A stretch of 64,000 bases of DNA from Raja brachyura (taxonomy: Eukaryota): NCBI GenBank assembly GCA_963514005.1, contig OY740807.1:15190001-15254000 (forward strand), read 5' to 3'. This document shows, piece by piece, positions 35,534 through 49,270 of the stretch. The notes beneath the pieces were generated by a model. It was not told the origin of the DNA. It ran no database searches and was given only the letters and a program-made list of their open reading frames with translations. Position 1 is the first letter of the stretch, and every line of letters starts with the position of its first letter. Position numbers and translations under genes: made by a program.

Positions 35534-36796
35534 ACACTGGGATTTCCATACGGTGCAAGCTCATGACAAGTCAGCCTGGAAATTTGGAACAAGGAAGTGG
35601 ACCAAGATCATTCAAACTCATTTCACTAAAGCACCCTTAAAAACAGATATTGGCATACAGTGGCTGGCTAACACAAGCAAAAGCAGCCGCCAATTCTGTG
35701 TCACCAAGACTGGCTCTGAGGCAGAGCAGGAAGGGTGAAGTCAGACAGGGATGTAGTGATACGAGGCTTGATAGTCCAGGAGACATACTTATTTTCGAGA
35801 AAATACATTTCTGTCATTGCCAGCAATGTCCACGCCCTGTAGACATTTTTTCTTCAAAATCACAGTGAAGTCTCCAAATGCCAAAAACATTACTGATATC
35901 CTGAAGTCTAGTTTTTGACAAAAACATCTAACAGATTGATGGGAAATAGATTCCTCATCAGATTAAAGACTGATGGTCCAGTTATTTTAGAATAATTCAC
36001 AAGCTGACTGCCTGATTCTAGGATTCTGTCATATAGTCTGTATTCCAGCAGTTTTTTTTTAATTATTAATGTTCAGAAATGCCAAATATTTGAGGATGTA
36101 ACTGCGGGTTCATCTTCTCAATGATAATTACTCCGATGCAAAATCTTAAGAGCTGTGTCAAAGCATAGAACTGGTTGTTATCATAGAGTTTTAATGTTCC
36201 CACCTCAGACAGAATTAGAAACGTACAACTTCAAAAAAAAATGGCCATGATGTATTCCTAACAAGTAAATCAAGATTAAATTGGCGATGGAAAGCACAGA
36301 AAGGATTTGAGGTGTGGAGGTCAAAAGCTGTGACTGTGCACAGCAAAAGATAATACACTCAAAATAAGGGAGAATCTGTTCACACAGGACTACAATTTTA
36401 TAAGCATTCCCATGACAATATTTTGACAGATGTAACTCCAATCCCACTCTTGCTGGAGCAGCCTCACCAGTCACTCCAAACTCTGAATAAGTATTTCTGA
36501 AGAATGCTGGATGGCCTTTCCCCGACTTGGAACAAAGGCTTGTTCTGGCACCATCCTTTTCTCAGTGGCAGCAGGCCATTACAGACACTGGACCCAGCCC
36601 AGGAAGATCCGAGGGAAAGACAGAAGATTTATAAAGAAAGATTTGTATTTTGCCGTGTCTGTAGTGAGCATCTCCGCTCCAAATGCAGCCAGTCAGTCTC
36701 TGCTCCTCAATCTGGTCTGAAGGATTGAAGGAGAGCAGACTGTATCATCCATCCTTCACTGCCTGCCTGATGCTGAGAACATTGTAATGGCTGTCG

Positions 36797-37262
36797 TATG
36801 TCAGGACTTTCATATGAGGAAAGATTGGATAGACTCGGCTTGTACTCGCTGGAATTTAGAAGATTGAGGGGGGATCTTATAGAAACTTCCAAAATTCTTA
36901 AGGGGTTGGACAAGCTAGATGCTGGAAGATTGTTCCCGATGTTGGGGGAGTCCAGAACAAGGGGTCACAGTCTAAGGATAAGGGGGAATTCCTTTAGGAA
37001 CGAAATGAGGAAAACATTCTTTACACAGAGAGTCGTGAGTCTTTGGAATTCTCTGCCACAGAAGGTAGTTGAGGCCAGTTCATTGGCTATATTTAAGAGG
37101 GCGTTAGATGTGGCACTTGTGGCTAAAGGGATCAGGGGGTATGGAGAGAAGGCAGGTACGGGATACTGAGTTGGATGATCAGCCATGATCACATTGAATG
37201 GCGGTGCAGGCTCGAAGGGCCGAATGGCCTACTCCTGCACCTATTTTCTATGTTTCTATGTA
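36797..37262 (+). mobile_element. Young CR1 LINE 3' end
   Basis: Uninterrupted 123-aa ORF2 C-terminus MSGLSYEERLDRLGLYSLEFRRLRGDLIET...; (tttctatg)n tail. Confidence 0.95.
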
Positions 37263-38479
37263 TTCCAACCATGGGCACGAGCCAAGCTACTGCCTTGCAA
37301 ACAACTCGAGTTGCAACAAGATATAGTTTCTGAGAACTGAAGCAATTTGGTCAGTAGTTTGAAGACAAATGTGCACACAGTTCTGCAAGGGGCACCACAA
37401 TTCTGACATGGGAAATGGGAGAATACAATTTCTGCCTGCACAGTCTACTTGGCGAATTAAAGAAGTTAGAAAACAGGAATAGGACTAAACTCTAGCACAA
37501 TTTCCTATCTTCAGAAAAACATTCCTTTATATTAATGTGAATTACAACACAGCATTAAACTGGTGACTTTCATTTTACAATGAAACTGTACCAGTTTTGC
37601 AGAATATCAATATTATTTTGCCTTAAGGCAAGCTTGAATTATATATCTAATTTATACTGCATAAGAATAAAAGACAACAATAAAAGAAAGCTAAATTCCA
37701 CACAGTTTGAGACTAAGTTTGATAGCTGATGTGAAAAAAGCTAAGTCGCTCTTGTACCTGTTCATTCTCAACATATTCCATCCAAATGCAGACATTATCC
37801 TCCACACATAGGGATGTGGAATTCCTGGAATGTTTCTGCAGTCTCACTCAAAACAATCTCCATTTCTCTAAACCTACATTGGTATCGAACAAGTCAGACT
37901 GTTCAAATATAGTTCATTAAAATAACTCAATTTTGATAATGATCTAAATTGAAAGAAGAAAGGTGGGAACTTAAAAAAAAAAACTGCCCCTCTGACAAGG
38001 GAATAACGATCCAGATGTTCCCATCATTTTTTTCAGCAATTATTCTCAAATTATGAAAGAAGTCTGTTTGAGAATTATTCGGCATTTATATTCATGGAAA
38101 TGAGATAGATCTCCATTCCTGTTAATATCAAAATTGGATCGGAATTGCCTTCTGCATAACCTTCATTTTGCTTTTAAATCTTCCGAACTTTGTATATTTG
38201 TATGGTAATGGGGAACTTCACTTTAGTTTTGCCATGTGAGCTACTGGTTGGCTGGTGGATTAAACACAAATGCAAAAGCAGAATATGAAAGGAGATCTAA
38301 ATACTAAAATAGAGGTCAGGGAGCATCTGTGAAGGCACAGAAGAATTGAAAAAAAATGGGGACTGCAGCATGTTAGAAACAAGCCTGGGTTGGAGAGAAT
38401 GGAAAAATCAAAATGCAGGTGTGAGGGGTTATGGGGAGAAGGAGGAGAATGGGGTTAGGAGGAAGAGATAGATAGAGCC

Positions 38480-39215
38480 ATGGCATCATCGGCTGCCTTG
38501 CCAGCAGTCTGTCTGTCCTTTTATCCTTTTTGTTTTTTTTAGTCTATCAAAAATGTATGTTCCTGTAGGTTATTTAGTCTTTTTATGTGAGGGGTGGGGA
38601 GGGGGAAGAGGGGAAACCGTTTCCCAGTCACTACCTGGTCAAGGATGTGCCTTTTCTCCTAGTCGCATCGTCGCCGCCCCCCCCCCCCCCCCCCCCCGCA
38701 GAGCAGGCGATGCCTTACCAGAGATCGCCATGTGGAGCTCCGGAGTGCTGGGCCAGCTGCTTTAACATCGTGGTCTGCGGAGCTTCCAGCCGCGGGCCGC
38801 GCTGACTTTAACATCGCGGAGTCCTGGGATCCTTTGCCGAGGGTCGCCAGTGTCGGAGCTCCGTCCAATTCGGCCTGTGGACTTGGGACCCGCGGTCTCC
38901 AGTAGGAAGCAGCGGATTCAGAAACTCCAAGCCGATGAGAGTGTTCTCCCGTTCCGACATCAGAGGGCCTGAAACATCAGGCCGCCGTAGCGGCGACTGC
39001 GGAGGGCTCAAAGGCCCCGACCACGGGTGAACAAAGAGGAAGCTGGCTGAACTTTATTGCCTTCCCTCACAATGGGAAACATTGATTCCGCTGTGTGGGG
39101 ATGTTCATGTTAAATTCTATCACGTATTGTGCTCTTTTTTATTCGTATGGCTGTATGGTAACTCAAATCTCACTGTACCAATTGGTGCATGTGACAATAA
39201 ATGTAACTTGAACCT
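38480..39215 (+). mobile_element. GC/CpG-rich non-autonomous retroelement with a LINE-like tail, inserted in a CR1 3' end
   Basis: The CR1 3' UTR is split (38420-38480 / 39218-39280). Internal tttaacatcg repeats; tail tgcatgtgacaataaatgtaacttgaac is shared with Rex/L2-type ends in the window. Confidence 0.65.
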
Positions 39216-39847
39216 GATGGAATGGTGGAGTAGACTTTATGGGCAAATGGCTTAATTCTGCTCCTATCACTTTTGACCTTTTAAAATGGAAAAGCTGTTT
39301 CATTATAGAAGATTGGACATATTAAATGTTAGAATGGGTGGCAGTGATGCAAAATTGGCAATCTCCACATGACAATGGAGGTGTATAAACATTATCATCA
39401 CTGGTTAGAAGAAAACTGTTATGCTTGTGGCATTGCACAGCAATGGCAAACACAAAAGTAAGGAAAGTTTAAACAGTCAGACTACTTTAACTATTAAGTC
39501 TTAATTGAAGTGGGACATTTGATCTATTGTGCCTTCTCTGCCTTACAATAAGTCAATGTTTGCCCGGTAAAATGCCAGAGAGCATTTGCTCAAATTTCCA
39601 TCCTCCTCCCAAAGGGTTAGAAAGAAAATAAGAGCCAACAATATCTGCACACAAGTCTAACAGACAGCTGACCCAAACCCATGAATGGGATAACAGCTGC
39701 TCTCAAGATAAATCTACGTACAAACTGGCATTCATATTCAGATTTTTCTCATGTAATTTCAGCTCCATTTAGTCTGAGAAACTTGTTTCAAGGCAAGAGG
39801 GTGTTGGTCAGGTCTACACCAGGATAGGCAACTGCAGACATCAGGAG

Positions 39848-39980
39848 TGTGTAAGAAGGAACTGCCGATGCTGGTTTAAACCGAAGATAGACATCAAAAG
39901 CTGGAGTAACTCAGCGGGACAGGCAACATATCTGGAAAGAAGCAATGAGTGACGTTTCGGGTGGAGACCCTTCTTCAGAC
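39848..39980 (-). mobile_element. Penelope-derived short insertion
   Basis: Approximate TSD cagacatcaggag / cagacgtcaagag; same terminal sequence as 34653-34790. Confidence 0.82.
39949..39980 (-). ncRNA. Minimal type I hammerhead ribozyme motif, sense to FLOT2
   Basis: Minus strand reads gtCTGAAGAaGGGTctccACCCGAAAcgTCac, with all core nucleotides present. Confidence 0.65.
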
Positions 39981-40879
39981 GTCAAGAGGATTGTTAAATT
40001 AACCACAATGCCCATTGATTTGGCTGGATGTGTAGAAAAGACAAAATGGGGAAATCAGAGATTCCTGCATTTAATAAATTAAGGCCAGGCCAGAGCTGTA
40101 ATCAGGGTTCCCAGCACTCATCTTCATTGTAATAATAGCAGGTTTAAACAGTACAGTAACCGATCCATTTTTGAGAGACTGGGTATGAAGCTCCTCTGGG
40201 AATGAAGCCGTATCTTCAGCAAATAACATTAAAATAAAAGGAAAGGACAAGGAGAACTGACGTTTCTCCAATACAATTCCTCATATTCCTTAATTGCTTG
40301 TTGGTCGTTCACAGCTTTAAGACATTGTGAACATTTGAAATTGATTTATAAAGTATTACACCATCCAACACAAGAAACCCAAAAAGCACAAGTGCACTTG
40401 GTAAACAAGGAATTAATAAAACAAAAAACCTCTGCGGAGGTTCACAAAAGTAAATTAGATACAGATTCAATTTCCACGATGCGGAGGAATGGGAATTTGA
40501 AACGTTTTTCAAACAGTCATTGCATGAACAGCACGATGCCATCACAGCCATTCCCAAGACTCTTCCACAATGATTTGCCAGCAGATGGCCAAAATGCAAT
40601 TTGCTTTTAGCATCTGATAACTTCTTGAGCCAATTAAGATGCATCATTTATATCTTTATCATCTCTACTACTGAAATCTCTTCAAATATTTTCTGCAATA
40701 ATCTGGGCAGGAACCAAACAATCTTAAGCACTTTCGTAAGATGCACTTCCGCTGGTTAAAATGAAGATCTTTATTTTCAAATTGCTGAATAACTTAAGTT
40801 TTGTAAATATCAGAACTGAGATAATTTCAGTTATCTGTGCCCCATGGGCTGCCTCCAGTTCAATAAAAAACTAATGGAA

Positions 40880-42210
40880 GGCAGATGGAATAAAATATAT
40901 CTTTCTCAGGCTGGAAGGAAGTTCCCCAGGAATTGGTACTTGACCTTCAATTATTTAATACCTATACGAATGACTTTGAGGAGGCCGAGTTTTAGGTGAT
41001 GACATAGAAATAGGTGGGAATGGCATGACAATATTTGGAATCCACAGCAGTATATAGACAGGTTGATTAGAATGGGTGAAAACGTAGTAAATTGAACTTA
41101 ATGTAGAAAAGTGCAAAGCCTATCTAATGGAGAGAGACTACAAATGGCACACGGGGATCTAAGAAAGCAAATGGCATATGGCCTTTTAATTACACGCCAT
41201 TTGGGGTTCAGTAACAGAAATATTCTTACAGAAGTAGAGAGTGTTAGGGAGGCTGCACCTAGAGTACAATCTGCATCACCAGACCGTATACTTTAGAAAG
41301 TATAGTTACATTGGAAACAATCCATTAGAGACTCATTGGGTTCTTTCCTGGGATAAAATGAATGACGCACCATGAATGGATAAAAAAGTTGAATATATAT
41401 TTTTTGAGTTTCTGAAAGAAGTGATCTGAATGCAACCTGCAAATTCCTATGGGGGCATGACAGGGTTAATGATCAAATTATTTCACTGGTGGTTGAATCT
41501 TGAATGAGGGGGCACAGTTACAAGATAAAGGCCAGTCATTTAATAATAAGGTGCATAGAAATGTCTTCTCAGATTGGAGAATCTCTAGAATTCTCTATCT
41601 CCTGGAATTTAGAGGCTGGATCATAGGGGTAGTTACAGATAATTTTGAAAGATCAAGGAATTGAGAGCAATGGGAAACTGATTATGTAATGAAGTTGGGG
41701 CCAGAGGCAAATTGGCCATGATTATTGAATGGCTTGATGGGCTACACCACCTGCCCCTACTTGGAGTCAGTCATACAGTATGGAAACAGTCCCTTTGGCC
41801 CACCTCATTCACACAAACCACCAAGTACCCCTTCCATACTGGTCATAAACTAATCCCATTTTATTTATTCAGCATCCAGAGCTACCCAAAGCCTGTGCCA
41901 CTGAGTTTAGAAGAATGAGGTGTTATTTTATTTAAACACAATATCCTAAAGATGCATGAAAGGGGAGATGCTGGGCTGCTTTCATTAGTTGGTGAGTCTT
42001 GTCCAAACATACATGACTACAATGGGCCAGTCGTTAAAGACTGAGGTATCTAGAAATTTAGTCATATAGGCTGACAAAACTGCAAATTTTCTCGCATTGG
42101 AGGTAAAAATGATACACAGGAGTGAGGCCATCATGGATCACGCACAATCATGTTAGATGGTGAGGCAGGAATGAAGGGCCTGCTGACGACTGCTCTTTTT
42201 CTCTTATGAA
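40880..42210 (+). mobile_element. Old degenerate CR1 fragments (two adjacent copies)
   Basis: gttccccaggaattggtacttgacct (GVPQGSVLGP-like), aatgtagaaaagtg and aggggcacagttacaagataa motifs. Confidence 0.55.
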
Positions 42211-43139
42211 CCTGATCTGGTCACAGGGAAAAATTTACACGAACAGGAACCGGTCAGCATTAAAAGGGTCTCTGGAGCTACGAGGTAGCAGCTCTACAAA
42301 GCTGTGCTGTTGTGCTGTCCCCTATATTTTTATTCTTGTGAAAGGTATTTCATTAAAATAATTAAATGTGTTCTTCACTCCAGAGAAACTATCCCATCTG
42401 CAGAATATTTCCAACATCCACAATATTTTTCATCTTTGCTTGAGAGTGACCAGTACATGCAGCACTGCATTTCTGGCAGAGAGGGAAGTAATTAAGGTAT
42501 TACAGGATGGCATTTTAAATTAGGCCATAAATAATCCTTGCATCAGGAGTAGTGTGCTGCCGCTCCATAAAAACAAGTCCAGCTAAATCAAAACCAGAAC
42601 CTATAGGGTCCTGTTGAATTTAGTGTTCAGTACTAACAGGATATGATAAATGAAATGCACTGCCAGAACTGTATTTCACAAAAATCCCTGGAGACTGCTT
42701 TAAATTTCTATTTCTTTGACTGGCTACAAGGAGGCCATATCCGAGAAAAATTTAAAAAGGATTCGGGGAAAAATATTTAAGATAGACAAAAGTGCTGGAG
42801 AAACTCAGCGGGTGAGGCAGCATCAAAATAGATTACTTTAAAACAAAAACACACATTTGTCAGTAAATGGTGCTGAAACAAAGACCACTAGGATACTTAT
42901 CACCCTCCCCAGTTCCAGGGGCTGCACCCACCCACAAGGGCTGTAGCCTTGTGTTGACCCTCAACTTTCTCCTTGGAAACAACTCTGTGGAACCTGGGAT
43001 CCTGGCTCCAAGATGGAAGGAAGTGAGAATGCACAGCAGCAGATGCTCCAAATTACTTCCAGTTGCATTTGAGATTTGATTCAAAAATTACTTTAGGGTT
43101 GCTTACACCATGCTTAGATTCACATGCAAGGAGTCAAGC

Positions 43140-44045
43140 GTTTGTGATCTTCACCAGAAGTGAAAAGACAGTACTTCCAATGATTGTCACCTTCCAAAAT
43201 TTCATAGATTATTGACAAGATCATAAAAAAATCGAATGATAGTAAGTGAATCCACCATTTAAGAGATGGGGAGACAAAATGGAGAACAGTCTGGTTAGCC
43301 TGCCATCAGTGGGGTAACAGCTAGAATTCATTATTAATGAATCAGTATCATGGCACTTAGAACAGGACTAGATATAGTTAACATAGCCTTGCGCAAGATA
43401 AATCACTTTTACCAAATCTGTTAAGGGTTTTTTTGTGAGGCAATGACTAGAGGAACAGAATAAAGGGAACCAGTGGATATGGTTCAAAAAACATCGGACA
43501 CACTAGAGGGATGACATTCTGGTGTGGTTAACATGCAAAAAAAAAAAGGACGGGTCATCTCTAGAATGGGAAGGTCTGACCAGCAGTGCATCACAAGGAT
43601 TGGTGCAAGAAACTCAGCTCTGTTCACAATCTATACCTACGATTTAAATATGGAATTAAGAATCCATGTTTGCTGACAAAGGTGGGTGGCAATTTTGAGA
43701 TAGTGGGGAGTGAGAACAGAAGATTCAGTGGTAAATAGACTAGCTAAGTTAATGACCAGGAACGGTAGAAATATGGAAAAAATATTCAGTCATCCTCTTT
43801 GCCTGAAGAGCTTTTTTATATATAAATGATGAGAGACTTAAAGGTGCTTGTCCGCAGGAGGAACCTGGGTGGCCATGAACAGGACTGAAGGTTAACGAGC
43901 CAGCAATTAGAAAAGCAAGCAATATAGTTGCCAAGAAATGATTTGAACGCAAGAGTAGAGACATTGTGTTGCAATTATACAGGACCCTGATGAAACTGCA
44001 CTCCTGGAATAGTGTGCCCAGCTCCGATCTCTCTACCCTAGAATA
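43140..44045 (+). mobile_element. Degenerate CR1 RT region, interrupted by the RTE element and continuing at about 46480-46900
   Basis: cagtctggttagcctgccatcagtgggg, tcacaaggattggtgc and gtttgctgac motifs. Confidence 0.55.
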
Positions 44046-44057
44046 GATAGATACTAG

Positions 44058-46472
44058 TGGTGGTGGCCCGTCAGTAACAACGATGATGGGTTGTGCAGTC
44101 TCAATTCTGGCGAGTTGTGACATGGCTCACGAGTCCAATTCGTGAACCGCACGCTTGAGGGCAGTGGGGGCAGATGAAGGTCATCGCTGGCGGGTTCTGG
44201 GCGGCAGCCTTCCTCCTCTCCTTGGCTTTGGTAAGTCGCTCTATGCAGCGCTCCCCGAAGCTGCTGGCTGCTGTCCGCACTGCTGCACGCCAGCGTGTTC
44301 TGTCGTTGGCGCAGGCTTCCAGTTGCTTGAGTGCAAGACCACAATAGTGGAGATGGTCTTTGACGCAATCTTTGTAACGCTTCCTGGGACGCCCACGGTT
44401 CCTTTGTCCCTGGGAGAGCACGCCACAGAAGACCTGTCGAGGCATGTGGGTTTCATCCATCCTGATGACGTGCCCAGTCCATCGGAGCTGCGCTTTGATG
44501 ATGCTTGCCTCAATGCTTGTGAAGCTGGATCTGTCCAATCTTTCTAGGTTGGGCACTTTGTCCTGCCAGCGAATGCTCATGATGGACCATAACGAGTGCA
44601 TATGGAACTTCTCAAGCTGACGGATGTGATTCCTATACAAGGTCCATCATGGAGCCATAGAGCAGGCTGGAAAGCATAACTGCTTTGTAGACTTTGAGTT
44701 TAGTTGACAGCGTGATGTTGTGGTGGTTCAACACTCGTGTACGCAGTCGTCCAAGTGCTTGACTGGCTTTGCTGATTCTCGTTGAGATTTCCTTGTCCAG
44801 GGAGCCATCAGATATTACCCTTCCCAAGTATTTGAAGGAGTCAACGGCTTTCAGCTGTGTGTTGTCAACATGCACACTTGGGGACGGTGCTGCAGAGTCT
44901 GGAGCCGGCTGGTGGATGACTTCCGTTTTGCTGAGGTTGATTGTTGGACCAAAAGCCTGTGCTGCTTCCACAAATTTGGTCACAATGAACTGGAGGTCAG
45001 ACTCCTCGTGAGCCATGACGACGCCGTCATCCGCAAAAAGGGCTTTGAGTATGAGCCGTTCGTTCGTGCGTCTTGGTTTTGACATTGCGTCATCAAAGGT
45101 AAAAGATATATCCATCCAGACGGTACTTCAGATACATGCCACGGTCGAGGTCCTGGAGTGCGTGACTCAGGATGCAGCCGAAGAAGAGGTTGAAGAGTAC
45201 AGGGGCCAGCACACAACCTTGCTTCACTCCATTGGAGATGTCGAAAGGTGCAGAAGTTTCGTTGTTGACCAGAACTGTTCCTGTCATGTCATCATGGAAG
45301 AGGCGGATGATCTGGATGAACTTTCCTGGGCAGCTGAGCTTGCGAAGTATCAACCACAGAGCCTCCCAGTTGACCGTGGCTAAGGCCTTTGTCAAGTTGA
45401 TGAAGACTGCGTAGAGGTCCATCTTCTGCTCGATGCATTTTTCCTGTATATGTCCCATCGGAATCAGCAGCGCTGCGACCAGGTCTGAAACCACTCTGAG
45501 CCTTACTTCCGCGACCTTATAGATTAGGCGGTTGAGGATGACACGAGTCAATATCTTTCCAGTGACGGACAACAAGGAGATGCCTCGGTAGCTGCCACAG
45601 TCAGCTTTGTTACCTTTGTTTCTGAACAAGGAGACAACAGTGGCGTCCCTAAATTAATCGGGCATACTTTCTGTCTCCCAGATGCTGGACAAGATGTTGT
45701 GGAAGACATCTAGTGTCTCAGGACCTGCTATTTTGTAGAATTCAATAGGGATTCCGTCCATGCCTGATGCCATTACTTGTGCTGGTTTGAATGATGGCCT
45801 TCTTGTTCTCTTCCAAAGATGGGCGGAGGGCAAGGTCGTCAAGTGTTGGTTTTTGTGGGATCAGGTTGCGAGCGACTGGGTCAACGGCAGAGGGTCTATT
45901 GAGGAGGTTGGTGAAGTGTTCTCTCCATCTGTCTGAGATGCTGCTTTTATCCTTGAGCAGGGCTTTGCCGTCAGCTGAAAGGAGGGGGGAGGTGGTCAGC
46001 TTGGGTGGACCACACACAGCCTTGATCAAGCTGAAAATTTGTTTTGAGTTGTTCATGTCTGCGTAACGTTGCACTTCGTCAGCTTTACTCGCCCACCAGC
46101 TGTCTTGCATTCTCGTAGCTCCTTCTGTACCTTGCTCTGCAGGTGTTTGAAGCGGTTCTTTTTGGTGACGGGAGGATACGTCGTTCTGCTACTTGATGAA
46201 TGTCTTGTGTTTCTTGTCCAGGTTTGGTTATCAAACCAGTCCTTGTGCACTCGCTGCTTGCGTCCCAGCACTTCCTTAGCTGACTCTGTCAGCAGCTCTT
46301 TGAACTCGTTCCACTTTTCAGTTGGGTCGCCTGTCAGTGGTCCATGAGCAGTCAGCTTGCTGTCCAGCTGGGACTGGTACTTCTCAGTGAGGTCTGGTCA
46401 TTTGAGCATCTCGGTGTTGACTGATGCACGGAGAAGCTTAGATGTCTTACACTGTGGCAGGGGGATGTGCTG
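44058..46472 (-). mobile_element. RTE (BovB-like) LINE, 5'-truncated, with frameshifts
   Basis: NKGNKADCGSYRGISLLSVTGKIL, NGVKQGCVLAPVLFNLFF, LFADDG, FKYLG, QLRWTGHVIRMD, RGRPRKRYKD and a C-terminal CPHC..SRIGLVSH zinc finger. Confidence 0.95.
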
Positions 46473-47869
46473 TAAGAGAGAGATTACTACCCAGGCTCAC
46501 CCGATTGATTTCTGGGAGAGTGTTTGTCACCTGGCGAGAGAATTAAGCAAACTGGACCTACACTTGAAGTTGACAAGAATGTGACAAGCTCATCAAATCA
46601 TACAAAATTCACAACTGGTAAAAATTCACAAATTCAGCCACAGGCACAAAATTAAGGGTTTGCCACAAATAAACAAGATTAAAAAAATCTTTATCCAAAG
46701 ATTGGGATTCTCTACCCAAAAGAGTTGTGAAGGATCAGTTGCTGATCATATTCAAGAGAGGTTGGAAGATTTTGGGATATTATAGGAATCAAAGGGTCTG
46801 GGGTTAGTTCAGAAAAGCAGAAGTGAGTCAGATTAGCAATGGGCTCGTTGAATATGAAGCATGAGCCAAGTGGCGTATGACTTATTACATTTCTTGCATT
46901 CTGTTTATTTTCTAAGTGCACTACTCAGATAATGGAAGGGATAATTGAACCACAATCTCTATATGGACCCTATCCACTTAGCCAAGTTGACACAAGGGAA
47001 TTACATAAAACTAATTCAGATATTTAGAACTCTATCCAGTCTCCTCATAGCCCATTAACCTTAATTCAATTTCTCCCTGTATCTTTCCATTCCCTTTATT
47101 TCATTTTGAAAGGTTACTAATTATTTGCCCATGCTTGCATGTTACCCAATCTAACTATTCTAAATGAAGAAATACCCCATAATCTCCCGACTGGATTTCC
47201 CATTATCTGAAATTAACGGCTCCTAGTCTGCAGTACAAAATAGCTGATGTAACCTAGCAATAACCGTTCTGACTGTTGTGCAAGTGCATGAAACTTAGTT
47301 AACCAAGCACAATAAATTTTAACAGGAAACACTCCCCTATTGCCACAATATCTAAACGGTGGCTGAAATATTAAATGTTCAAAGAATGAACAACAGGCAT
47401 AAGTACTTAAAAATAGCACCAACTGGAATACTGAGGACAGTTCTGATCACCGTATTATGAAAAAGATATCGAGCCATTGGATAGAGTAGGGTGATTTTGA
47501 GATGATCCAAGAATGTGAAGGCATACATAGCAGGTTGTCAATATCAGCAATCAATTGTAGTTAGTTTGTGGAGCCAGAGGTAATCACAGAAAGAGGCCTT
47601 GCTCTTTGGCAGCAGGCCTGACCAAACATCTATAACTATCTGTTCTGACTACCTGAAGGTGCTGGGGATCTGCTTCAGAGGAACATGAGCATAATGTAGA
47701 AATTGGCTAGAAAGGAGAGACAAGGTCCAACAGAATTTGGTTGTGGCACTCTGCCATCCATAAGACAAAATTCTGACCATTGTGCTCTTGCCGCTGCTGT
47801 GTAGAGTGGAAGTGTGACCCATGCCCTGTCCTGCACCGTGGTAGTTTAGTGTTGAGATACAACATGGAA

Positions 47870-49270
47870 ACAGGCCCTTTGACATCTTCGGTTTCATCTG
47901 AGGTTCCAAGATGAAGAAAGTCCATCTTGATGCAATGCGTGTCACCAGTAAACGGAGATTTGGATGATTGGAACATCATAGCCAATGTTGTCTTTATCCT
48001 GATGGCCAACTTTGTGCATGGCTGTATCTAGTTGTGCATGGAGCCATAGGAGGCAACACCAAGTGTCATTACATAGTAATGTTCTACCTGTCCAGATTCT
48101 GTGAAAGTGTAGAAAGTTGAGCATTGCCTCTACACAACGTGTCATGCCATTTATTCAGACTCTGCCACACTCACTTTCCTTCACAGAAAAGTCCCTTCTG
48201 AAAACACCTTTGAGCACAGGTCCACAGGCAGTGGTAAGCATGCACCACTCATTCGGACTCTACCTCACTATCTGCCTTTCATAGAAAGGTTAATTCTGAA
48301 AAACACTTTTGACCACAAATCGATCAGGTAGTGGTCAGCATGCAGTGTCCTGCAGGCCCTACAGGAGAAGGACACCATAGATTTTGAGTGATGGCTTCCC
48401 AAGCACCTACAAAACCACTGGACACAATGTCTTACGACCTGCACTTACCACCAAGCACCAAAACCACACTTTACTGGCAATGAGAGGCCGTTCCCTGAGA
48501 TTGCTCCTGCACAGAATGTTTATTTTTTAAATAAAAATGATGAACAGATTGTCAGTCACCCGAGCCATCTTCTATATCACTTGGATGCTGAGTGTTATGA
48601 TGTGTTAGTCCCCAGAGGATGGAGAGAAATGTAGCTAATGAAGCCCTCCAGCTGATGGACACCTTTGTATGTGGCTGAATCAAGCTGTATATAGTACACA
48701 AACAAATAGTGTCACTACATGTCAAGGTTTCACCTATCCTTGGCGTAACTTTATTACGTGCCACGTTCCATTCAGTTGGATCTTACTGCACTTCTTGTCC
48801 CAAAGTCAAGAGTTGTGGGAAATACAACTTTTGAATACAATTTTCTGAGGAAGAACACCTTAACCACAACTCCACCAGTGGTCAACTTGAGATGGCTGTG
48901 GTGCTGCTGAGACCTCATCCTCCTGAACGGTATGATTGCTAAGATGTTCGGGAAACCTCCTATGCCAAGATTAATCCTGAGCAGCTCTATATCAGAGGAT
49001 TCCATGATCTACATAAGGGCTGTTAAAGGCAACACCATACCGTTATAAACACCAACTGCTGCTGGAAGAGCATCATGATGCATTTTGATCCATCCAAACA
49101 AGCAAACATTATCCATTGGCTCATGCCCCGGTGCAAGAGTACATACCGAGGGATACTGAAGCTCGGTACAGCCATTACAAAGGCTGTGGGAAAGGATCAG
49201 AATCTAGGAACTTGTTGCCGTTGGACACAGGGGTGCCACTCCTCTAAAGTACTTCACAGGCAGCACTGAC
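47870..49270. mobile_element. Very degenerate RTE-like fragments
   Basis: Endonuclease-like remnant on the minus strand near 47880-48150 and RT C-terminal-like remnant near 48750-49260; no intact frame. Confidence 0.3.
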
